This document shows positions 32,928-40,581 of a DNA stretch of 40,581 bases, in pieces. Below the pieces are notes generated by a model that had not been told where the DNA came from, did not search any database, and saw only the letters and a list, made by a program, of their open reading frames with translations. The stretch comes from a virus (Duplodnaviria > Caudoviricetes), in IMG/VR virus record IMGVR_UViG_3300017747_002572, positions 1-40,581 of that record. One strand, given 5' to 3'. The position numbers and the translations under genes were made by a program. Numbering within the stretch: position 1 is the first letter of the stretch; every line of letters begins with the position of its first letter.

Positions 32928-35252
32928 ATGGCAACCTACACCTACGACAAGGAAAAGGGCGCTCTGTCGGAGAAGCGCGCCGACATCACCGACCTTGACC
33001 GCCAGACGCCGCCCGAAGGGGAAGGCCCGGACGTTGTGGCGTTCTGGAAGGCCGAACTTGGCCGCTACGAGATCGAGTTCAGTCCGTGGGTGGACCGCTG
33101 CCAGCGCATCATGCGCCGTTACCGCGACGAGCGGGACGAGCTGACGAAGTTCCAGGTTCGCTACAACATCCTCTGGAGCAACATCCAGACGCTTCACCCT
33201 GCCATCTTCTCGAAGATGCCGCAGCCGGTGGTCGAGCGGCGCTATCTCGATTCCGATCCGATAGGGCGCATCGCTTCCCAGACCCTTGAGCGCGCCACAG
33301 AGACGGACCTCGACGTTGCCGACTTCATGGGTATCGCGGACAAGTCCGTTGACGACTACCTCCTTTGCGCCCGCGGCCAGATGTGGTGCCGCTATGAGCC
33401 GGAATACCGCGATTCGATCCAGCTAACCGGCGACCCCGCGGAGCAGGACGAGGTCGAGGAGGCAGAGCCAGAGGAACCCGGCGAGCCAGAGCAGGAAGTC
33501 GCCTGGGAAAAGGTCTGCATCGACTACGTGTATTGGGCAGATTTCGCCCACAACCCCGCCCGCTCGTGGCCCGAGGTGTGGTGGGTAGGCCGCCGCGCTT
33601 GGCTCTCCCGAGAGGAAGGCGTCGAGCGGTTCGGGGACGTGTTCAAGCGCATTACGCTGAAGCGCCCGGACCACGATGCATCGCCCATTGCGAGCCAGAC
33701 GCGCGACCGCGCCCCGAAGGCGGAAGTCTGGGAGATATGGGACAAGAACGGCCACGAGGTGTTCTTCATCGCCCCGGACCTTCCCAGCCAGATTCTGCAG
33801 CGCGTTCCCGACCCGCTGAAGCTGCAGGGCTTCTTTCCCTGCCCGAAGCCGCTGTATGCCACGCTGACGAACGACAGCCTCGTCCCCGTCCCGGACTACA
33901 CCCTGTACCAGGACCAGGCGCAGGAGATTGACAGCCTCACCAGCCGCATCAGCCGCATTGCCTCGGCGCTGAAGGTGGTCGGCCTCTATGCCGGCGACAT
34001 CACGCAGCTCGGCCGCCTTCTGGAGGCCCGCGTCGATAACACGATGATCGCCGTGGATAACTGGGCGGCGTTTGCCGAGAAGGGCGGCGTCGATGGCAGC
34101 GTTTCGTTCATGCCCATCAAGGACTTGGCCCAAGTCCTCATCCAGCTCTACGACGCCCGCGAGCGCGCCAAGCGTGATCTGGACGAGGTGACGGGCATCT
34201 CGGACATCAGCCGCGGCCAGTCCAGCGGCACGCAGAAGACGGCGACCGAGCAGCGCATCAAGGGCAATTTTGCCTCCCTGCGCCTCGACAGCCGCCGCAA
34301 GGAAGTCGCCCGGTTCATGCGGGATGTCGTCGCCATAGTTGGCGAGATCATCGCAGAGCACTTCTCGCCTGAAACCCTGATCCAGATGACGGGAATGCTG
34401 CCTGTCGTCCTGGATGAGATACAATCCGCTCTCCCGTCGATGCCCCCGCAGGGCTCCTCACCTAGCGGAATGGCTCCGGGGATGGGCGGGGGGCCGCCCG
34501 GTGCTCCTCCCGGCGCGGCTCCCCAACCCGCTCTAGCCCCGCCGCAGCCCGCTGGCCCGCCCGGCATGGCCCCGCCGCAGGGCGGGATGATGGTGCCGCA
34601 GCCGCCTCCTCCCGACCCGCAGCAGATCGCGCTGCAGGTGTTCGCCCAGGCTCTCGAACTCCTCAAGAACGACAAGATGCGGACCTTCCGCATCGACATC
34701 GAGACGGACAGCACGGTCGAGGCCGATGCCGTCATGGAGAAGGAGGCCGTTGTCGAGTTCATGGGCGCTATGGCCCAGTTCCTCACGGCCGCGCTTCCGA
34801 TCGGAATGCAGGCCCCGCCGCTGGTCAAGCCATTCGCTCAGTCCATCCAGTACGCGATGCGTCGCTTCCGCATGGGTCGCAGCGTCGAGACGGCATTCGA
34901 GGCGGCGTTTACCGAACTGGAGCAGATGGGCAAGGCTCCGCCTGCTCCCGACCCTGCCTTGCAGCTTGAGCAGGAGAAGGGCAAGATCGAGATGGCTACC
35001 CTTCAGGCCAGGTCGCAGATGGACCAGCAGCGGCTGGCCGGCGAGGCGCAGAAGATGCAGGGCGACCTCGCAATGCAGCAGCAGCAGCTACAGCTCAAGC
35101 AGCAGGAACTGGAACTCGACCGCCAGCGGCTTGAGATGGAAGGCATCGCCATGGCAGAGAAGCACCGAATCGACATGGAGCGGATGCAGATGCAGGCGGC
35201 TCTCGCCGCATCGGCCGCCGCCAACAAGCCAGCAGCAGGAGCAGCAGCTTGA
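32928..35252 (+). CDS. Portal protein (P22-like, long C-terminal coiled-coil barrel)
   Basis: 774 aa; YNILWSN, FFPCPKP, E.TGISDI.RG, TATEQ.IK, F.IDIE.DST; Gln-rich C-terminal coil; position between TerL and scaffold. Confidence 0.88.
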   Translation: MATYTYDKEKGALSEKRADITDLDRQTPPEGEGPDVVAFWKAELGRYEIEFSPWVDRCQRIMRRYRDERDELTKFQVRYNILWSNIQTLHPAIFSKMPQPVVERRYLDSDPIGRIASQTLERATETDLDVADFMGIADKSVDDYLLCARGQMWCRYEPEYRDSIQLTGDPAEQDEVEEAEPEEPGEPEQEVAWEKVCIDYVYWADFAHNPARSWPEVWWVGRRAWLSREEGVERFGDVFKRITLKRPDHDASPIASQTRDRAPKAEVWEIWDKNGHEVFFIAPDLPSQILQRVPDPLKLQGFFPCPKPLYATLTNDSLVPVPDYTLYQDQAQEIDSLTSRISRIASALKVVGLYAGDITQLGRLLEARVDNTMIAVDNWAAFAEKGGVDGSVSFMPIKDLAQVLIQLYDARERAKRDLDEVTGISDISRGQSSGTQKTATEQRIKGNFASLRLDSRRKEVARFMRDVVAIVGEIIAEHFSPETLIQMTGMLPVVLDEIQSALPSMPPQGSSPSGMAPGMGGGPPGAPPGAAPQPALAPPQPAGPPGMAPPQGGMMVPQPPPPDPQQIALQVFAQALELLKNDKMRTFRIDIETDSTVEADAVMEKEAVVEFMGAMAQFLTAALPIGMQAPPLVKPFAQSIQYAMRRFRMGRSVETAFEAAFTELEQMGKAPPAPDPALQLEQEKGKIEMATLQARSQMDQQRLAGEAQKMQGDLAMQQQQLQLKQQELELDRQRLEMEGIAMAEKHRIDMERMQMQAALAASAAANKPAAGAAA

Positions 35253-35449
35253 CGAGAGACGAAATGGCAGCCGCGACGATCCTTCTGGACGAGCGCGCCG
35301 ACGACGTTGAGAAGGTTGACCGTATTATCGCGCTCATGAGGGCAGCGGCGCGCGATGCTGTGGCTGGGGTCTGCCGTTACCTGAAGGATCACGACGACAT
35401 GCGGGAAATGGCCGACCGCTTGTGGGAAAAGTTCGGGGCCGCCGAATGA
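35249..35449 (+). CDS. Hypothetical protein
   Basis: TTG start overlapping the portal stop, AGGAG RBS. Confidence 0.55.
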   Translation: MTRDEMAAATILLDERADDVEKVDRIIALMRAAARDAVAGVCRYLKDHDDMREMADRLWEKFGAAE

Positions 35450-35784
35450 GCCGAGGAGTTTTCGTCTACCGTGATGGGAAATTGGTGCCCAAGTCCGAGG
35501 CTGCGCCCCTCTATCTGGCCCCGATGGTAATTAGGGACGGCCAGAACCCCGTAATTCACCCCGCAACCGGCGAAATGGTTGACAGCAAGTCGAAAATGCG
35601 GCAGATCACAAAGGACGCGGGCTGTATCGAGATAGGCACGTCGGACTTTCCGAAGCCGCAGCCGCAGAGCGATCGACAGATGCGGGATGCTGTAGGGCGC
35701 GCTATCCAGATGGTGAAGGAGGGCTACAAGCCTTCCCTGCGCGTCGTTCCCGGAACCCCGAACGGGGGCGGCTGGCATGAGTGA
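35446..35784 (+). CDS. Conserved phage hypothetical between portal and scaffold
   Basis: ATG 35446; FVYRDGKLV.K...HP.TGE..DSKS..R...K..GC.E.G pattern. Confidence 0.7.
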   Translation: MSRGVFVYRDGKLVPKSEAAPLYLAPMVIRDGQNPVIHPATGEMVDSKSKMRQITKDAGCIEIGTSDFPKPQPQSDRQMRDAVGRAIQMVKEGYKPSLRVVPGTPNGGGWHE

Positions 35785-36850
35785 CGTTGACCTCATCTCT
35801 GGCACTCCGGTCACTACGCCCGACGTTGCGCCCGCTCCCGCTGAAATCGCTCCGGCCCCCGAAGCCGTAGAGCAGAAGCCCGCTTCGCCCATCGACCCCG
35901 TCGAGGCGTCTGTTCGGGCGGCTTTCAAGACCGAATCCGACCGCGCCCGCGATGCTCAGGGCCGGTTTGCACCCAAGACCGAGGCGGCGCAGGAAGTTGC
36001 GACCCTCGACAAGAACACCGACCAGGACAGCAAGACGAAGCCTGAAGCGCCGGCATCAGCCCCGACGCCCACTGGCCCGCCGTCGAGCTGGTCGGCTGAC
36101 GCGAAGGCCACGTGGCCGAACCTCTCTCCCGCCATTCAAGCGGCGGTCCTCAAGAGAGAGGCAGAGGTATCCGATGGCTTCAAGCAGAAGTCCGAAGAGG
36201 CCAAGTCTTTCACCCCTGTCCGGGAAATCCTTGACAGCCAGAAGGACCGCTTCGCCCGCCTTGGTGTGGATGCACCTGCCGCGCTCCGGCAGATGTTCAC
36301 ATTCCAGGACATGTTTGAACGCGACCCGGCCAGTCTGATCCGGCACATTGCCCAGACCGCCCGCGTCGATCTCCGACAACTGGCACAGACGCCAACCGCT
36401 ACGCCGAGCCCCGCCGCAGCGCCGCCACCTGCTCGCCCGCAAGTCGACCCTCTCGCTTACGTTCGCGAAGAGTTCACCCGCCGAGATGCAGCCTCCACGC
36501 TCTCGACGTTTGAATCCGACCCGGCCAACAAGCACGCCAAGAACCCGGATGTCCGGAAGGCGATGGCCGGTGCCCTTTCGGCTGGCGCTCCCGACCTCAA
36601 GGCCGCTTACGAGCAGGCTATCTGGGCGGTGCCATCGGTGCGGGACGAACTCATTGCGGAACGTGACGCCTCGGCTCGCAAGGCTGCGGCGGACAAGGTG
36701 GCAGCGGCGAAAGCTGCCGGCGTCTCTCTCCGTCCGGGCTCCCCGAACGGTGCGAAGCCGGCCAGTCTGGCCCCGCGGCCCCCTGCAGGCGCGAGTGTCG
36801 AGGATGCGGTACGGGCAGCGTGGAGCGCTCACGCGGGAGTCGCGCGCTAG
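35777..36850 (+). CDS. Capsid scaffolding protein
   Basis: Acidic/Pro-rich N-terminus, RD..GRF motif, PP.SW....KA.W..L, helical body, L..AYE.A.W; immediately before the MCP. Confidence 0.8.
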   Translation: MSDVDLISGTPVTTPDVAPAPAEIAPAPEAVEQKPASPIDPVEASVRAAFKTESDRARDAQGRFAPKTEAAQEVATLDKNTDQDSKTKPEAPASAPTPTGPPSSWSADAKATWPNLSPAIQAAVLKREAEVSDGFKQKSEEAKSFTPVREILDSQKDRFARLGVDAPAALRQMFTFQDMFERDPASLIRHIAQTARVDLRQLAQTPTATPSPAAAPPPARPQVDPLAYVREEFTRRDAASTLSTFESDPANKHAKNPDVRKAMAGALSAGAPDLKAAYEQAIWAVPSVRDELIAERDASARKAAADKVAAAKAAGVSLRPGSPNGAKPASLAPRPPAGASVEDAVRAAWSAHAGVAR

Positions 36851-36878
36851 CGGGTAGACCTCAGAAAGGGTCACCCTC

Positions 36879-37907
36879 TTGGCTTATCCGAATCCCGACA
36901 TCGGTGATGTCGTCGCCACGACGATTGAAAACCGCTCTGGCGACGCAGCCGACAACGTCACTCGTAACAACGCCCTGCTTGCCCGTCTCCGCAAGCGCGG
37001 CAACAACAAGGCCCTCCTGACCCTCGATGGTGGCCGCACCATCTGGCAGGAACTCGAGTACGCCCAGAACTCCACTGCCATGTGGTATTCGGGCTATGAG
37101 CAGCTCAACATCCAGCCGAGCCAGATTTTCACGGCGGCTGAGTTCCAGATCAGGCAGGCTGCCGTCGCCGTCACGTTCTCGGGTCTCGAAACCCTCCAGA
37201 ACGCGGGCGAGGAGCAGATCATCCCCTTGATCACCGGCCGCGTGTCGAACGCGGAGCGGACGCTTCAGGACCTCATTGCCGTTGGCATCTACTCGGACGG
37301 CACGACCACCAAGGAAATCGGTGGCCTGCAGCAGCTTGTCTCGACCTCGCCCTCCTCGGGCACGGTCGGCGGCATCTCCGCGGTGACGTGGACCTTCTGG
37401 CGCAACATCGCCTACTCTGCCGTGACGAACGGCGGCGCGGCTGCGACCTCGGCCAACATCAACCGCTACATGGACGCGGTCTATGCCCAGCTCGTCCGCG
37501 GCAACGACCGTCCCGACCTCATCGTCGCCGACAACAACTACTGGATGCTCTACAAGCAGAGCCTTCAGCCGAACCAGATCATCTCCTCCTCGGAGATGGC
37601 GGAAGCCGGATTCATGTCGATCAAGTACATGAACTCGGATGTCGTCATGGATGGCGGCTTCCAGGGCTACGGCACCGTCGGTCTGGCGAACGCCTCGGAC
37701 TACATGGCCAACGGCGGCGCTCCGTCGAACACCATGTACTTCCTCAACACCCGGTACGTTCATTATCGCCCGCATCGTGACCGCAACTTCACCGCCATCC
37801 GCGGCGATCGTTGGTCCGTCAACCAGGATGCCACTGTTCGGCTGATGGGTTGGGCCGGCAACATGACCGTCTCGAACCGTCGCCTTCAGGGCGTCCTCTC
37901 GGCCTAA
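36879..37907 (+). CDS. Major capsid protein (TTG start)
   Basis: 342 aa; ATTIENRS...ADNVTRNNALL, DGG..I...LEY..N, WYSGYE.L, YFLNT, NQDA.V....WAGNMT.SN; highly biased codon usage. Confidence 0.9.
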   Translation: MAYPNPDIGDVVATTIENRSGDAADNVTRNNALLARLRKRGNNKALLTLDGGRTIWQELEYAQNSTAMWYSGYEQLNIQPSQIFTAAEFQIRQAAVAVTFSGLETLQNAGEEQIIPLITGRVSNAERTLQDLIAVGIYSDGTTTKEIGGLQQLVSTSPSSGTVGGISAVTWTFWRNIAYSAVTNGGAAATSANINRYMDAVYAQLVRGNDRPDLIVADNNYWMLYKQSLQPNQIISSSEMAEAGFMSIKYMNSDVVMDGGFQGYGTVGLANASDYMANGGAPSNTMYFLNTRYVHYRPHRDRNFTAIRGDRWSVNQDATVRLMGWAGNMTVSNRRLQGVLSA

Positions 37908-37921
37908 CGGAGAAACCGAAC

Positions 37922-38455
37922 ATGGCAACCACCACCCTCTACGCCACGTCGGGCGCTCTCGGCGTAAACCTCGCGGAAATCTGGTCTGTCGACAGCGGCA
38001 CCTACTCGGACGGCGACCAGCCCCCGCTTCCGGTCGGCACTCGTGTCACCGCGACGGACGGCTCTGTCTGGGTCAACGTCACTGTTGGCGTCGGCGGCGT
38101 CACCGAAACCGGCTACGCGGTCGTCTTCGATGAGACGTTCTCAGCCGTGATGCTGACGACCTCGGTCGATGCCTACGGCGATCAGGTCGGTATCCCGGCC
38201 TGCGGCGTCGCAGTGGCGACCGATGTGATCTGGGTCCAGATCGCGGGCGTCTGCCCGGCTATCATGGTCAGCGCCTCGGCGTCGGCCAATGCCGCGCTGT
38301 TCGCGACTGCCGATGCGGGCGAACTCAACTCCGGCGGCACGACCTCGCCGTACATCTCGGGCGTGGTTCTCACCACCGCTCGTGGCGGCACCGACGGCAC
38401 GGCTCCGGGCGTCCTGAACTTCCCGCAGGTCTCGATCTACTCGACCCCGGCCTAA
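37922..38455 (+). CDS. Capsid cement/decoration protein
   Basis: ATG 37922 with GGAG RBS; GT.V...DG..WV.V, WVQI.G motifs; directly after the MCP. Confidence 0.7.
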   Translation: MATTTLYATSGALGVNLAEIWSVDSGTYSDGDQPPLPVGTRVTATDGSVWVNVTVGVGGVTETGYAVVFDETFSAVMLTTSVDAYGDQVGIPACGVAVATDVIWVQIAGVCPAIMVSASASANAALFATADAGELNSGGTTSPYISGVVLTTARGGTDGTAPGVLNFPQVSIYSTPA

Positions 38456-38465
38456 GGAGAACACA

Positions 38466-39053
38466 ATGGCCTTTGGCGACCCCTATACGTCGATCGATCC
38501 CAGCACAGGGGTCGCGAGCTATGGTGCCCGGTCCTATGCCCGGTTCTATAGCGACAAGAAACTGATGGTTGCCCAGTCCGAACAGGCTGGGCGGCCCATC
38601 TTCGCTCCCGTCGATATGGTGGAGATCATCATTCCCGGCGAGAAGGGCAACATTCCCTGCTACGAAGCGACCATCAAATACCAGATGCAGTTTCCGCAGG
38701 AATGGGCGGCTTACAAGGCCGGGAAGGAGCAGGACGTTGCGGGCACTCCGCTGTCGTTCCTGTTCCCGAACGACCCAAGCCTCCAGTACGAACTGGAAAG
38801 CCACAAGATCAGGACCATCGAGCAGCTTGCTGCCCTGAGCGATACGGGCGTCGCGGCGATCCCGCGCGGCCTTACGCTGGTCCAGACCGCCCGCGACTAC
38901 CTTGCCAAGGCGAACAACCGCGAGGACGAGGTGAAGGCCCTCAAGGAGCGCATCGCCGCCCTCGAAGCCGCTACCGTCGCTCCGAAGCGCGGCCCTGGCC
39001 GTCCGCCGAAGTCGGCGCAGGCTCCGGCCGAACCGCAGATGGAGGCCGCCTAA
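38466..39053 (+). CDS. Conserved head-module protein
   Basis: S..AGRPIF...VEI..PG, FP..WAAY..G......GTPL, I.T.EQLA.LSD, KRGPGRPPK tail; TAAGGAG RBS. Confidence 0.7.
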   Translation: MAFGDPYTSIDPSTGVASYGARSYARFYSDKKLMVAQSEQAGRPIFAPVDMVEIIIPGEKGNIPCYEATIKYQMQFPQEWAAYKAGKEQDVAGTPLSFLFPNDPSLQYELESHKIRTIEQLAALSDTGVAAIPRGLTLVQTARDYLAKANNREDEVKALKERIAALEAATVAPKRGPGRPPKSAQAPAEPQMEAA

Positions 39054-40568
39054 ATGGCTCTCGCTTCAGACCTTATCGGCGCAAAGATGACGTGGGGGCA
39101 GGCTGAACTGCTCGGCTACGTCATCGAGACTACGGCCGGCGTGGGAACCGCGCAGGCGACAGGTGCCATCCTCGGCCCCGAGGCGGTGATGACCCGCGGC
39201 ACGACTACGGGCGGCGCTACGGCGTTCACCCTGTCGGCCAACATGCCGCTTGCTGTCCCGTACTACTTCACCAACACGTCGGCAACCGCCGCTCTGATCT
39301 ACCCGCCCACGGGTGGCGCGATCAACGGCGGTTCGACCAATGCGTCCGTGTCTGTTCCCCAGAACATGACGCTGACGATCATCCGGCAGTCCGCCACTGC
39401 TTTCATAGTCACGCTGTCGGCTGGTACGTTCTCGTCTATCTCCGTCTCTGGCCTGACCACGACTGATACCCTCGCGGTTGTCTCGACATCGACGTTCGGT
39501 GGCGATGCGACCATGACGGGGATCGTAGGCTCTGATGCCTCGCTCGGCGTCACTGGCCTTGCCTCGACGCAGGGCGGCGCTGTTGCCCTCGTCGGCGGCG
39601 CTTCCTCGACCTCGGCCAATGCCGGCGGCGCGGTTACCGCTGTCGGCGGTGCCGGTGGCGCAACGGGCGTCGGCGGTGCTGTTACCCTCACGGGTGCGGC
39701 CGGCGGCGCTACGTCGGGTGCGGGCGGTGCCGTCACGATGACCGGCGGTGCCGGCACGAACGGTAATGCGGCCGGCGGTGCTGTCACTGCCGTTGGCGGT
39801 GCTGGTCAGGGTTCCGCCGCTGGCGGTGCTGTGACCCGCACGGGCGGCGCTGGTGGTGCAACGGGTGCCGGTGGCGCAGGCGCGCTCACGGGCGGCGCTG
39901 GTGGTGCTACCTCTGGCACTGGCGGTGCGGTCTCTGTTACCGGCGGCGCTGGTACCAATGGCAACTCTGCCGGTGGCGCTGCTTCCATCGCCGGTGGAGC
40001 GGGCCAGGGTACGGCCTCGGGCGGCGCTCTGACTGCAACTGGCGGCGCTTCCGGTGCCGGTGCTACGGGCACGGGTGGTGTTGTCACCATCTCGGGCGGG
40101 GCTTCCCTCGCGACGAACGGCAACGGCGGCTCCGTCATCCTGAACGGCGGCGCTCTTGCCGGAACGGGCAAGAAGGGTGCCGTCATCAACCGCGGCACCG
40201 TCACCGCCAACCCGCAGGGCGCTCCGACTGCCAAGACCAGCACGTCTGCCATCACGGCGGCGGAACTCGTCACGGGCATCATCACGACCACGGGCGTCAC
40301 GGCTCCCAGCGTGCATCAGCTTCCCACCGGAACGCTGCTGCTCGCCGAACTGCCGAACTTCGCGGCCGGCGATAGCTTCGACTTCTCGGTCATCAATACG
40401 GGAACCGGAGCCTCGGACGACGCCACGATCACGGTCAACACCGACGTGACTATCGTCAGCAATCCGACCATCGGCTCCCTGACCGACGCCACGATCATCT
40501 CGGGCTCGGGCCGCTTCCGGGCCCGATACACGGGCGGCGTCACCTGGATCGTGTACCGTCTGTCCTAG
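39054..40568 (+). CDS. Glycine-rich repeat virion fibre protein (probable head fibre/appendage)
   Basis: 504 aa; about 12-13 GGAVxxTGGAGxxxxx repeats at 39573-40196 between globular N- and C-terminal domains. Confidence 0.7.
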   Translation: MALASDLIGAKMTWGQAELLGYVIETTAGVGTAQATGAILGPEAVMTRGTTTGGATAFTLSANMPLAVPYYFTNTSATAALIYPPTGGAINGGSTNASVSVPQNMTLTIIRQSATAFIVTLSAGTFSSISVSGLTTTDTLAVVSTSTFGGDATMTGIVGSDASLGVTGLASTQGGAVALVGGASSTSANAGGAVTAVGGAGGATGVGGAVTLTGAAGGATSGAGGAVTMTGGAGTNGNAAGGAVTAVGGAGQGSAAGGAVTRTGGAGGATGAGGAGALTGGAGGATSGTGGAVSVTGGAGTNGNSAGGAASIAGGAGQGTASGGALTATGGASGAGATGTGGVVTISGGASLATNGNGGSVILNGGALAGTGKKGAVINRGTVTANPQGAPTAKTSTSAITAAELVTGIITTTGVTAPSVHQLPTGTLLLAELPNFAAGDSFDFSVINTGTGASDDATITVNTDVTIVSNPTIGSLTDATIISGSGRFRARYTGGVTWIVYRLS

Positions 40569-40581
40569 GCAATGGCCCTGA
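40459..40581. repeat. Terminal direct repeat, copy 2 (identical to 1-123)
   Basis: Exact match to the first 123 bases. Confidence 0.97.

Overview
The window is an apparently complete, circular or circularly permuted, GC-rich dsDNA tailed-phage genome of 40,458 bp; bases 1-123 are identical to 40459-40581. It has podovirus-type (P22-like) morphogenesis: TerS, TerL, portal, scaffold, major capsid, cement, adaptor, nozzle, GNAT, ejection proteins (one with a GH73 muramidase, one with LysM) and a tail fibre, with no tail tube, sheath or tape measure. A secreted-protein moron, a lysis cassette and a small membrane/peptide cassette follow. The early region is lambdoid and divergent: a leftward recombination arm (Rad52/Sak, Gp157-like, NinB, HNH, C5-MTase-like) and a rightward arm (Cro, VRR-NUC, DnaA-C, replication initiator with iterons, DNA methylase). 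No CI repressor or integrase is recognisable. The host is probably an alphaproteobacterium (inference from promoter style and gene content). The most striking feature is a 305-aa intein in the TerL nuclease active-site motif. Its HNH/zinc-finger endonuclease is not in the intein frame but is overprinted as a separate 204-aa ORF, so 615 bp are dual-coding. TerL also appears to start at a CTG codon. All family assignments are from motif recognition, not database searches.
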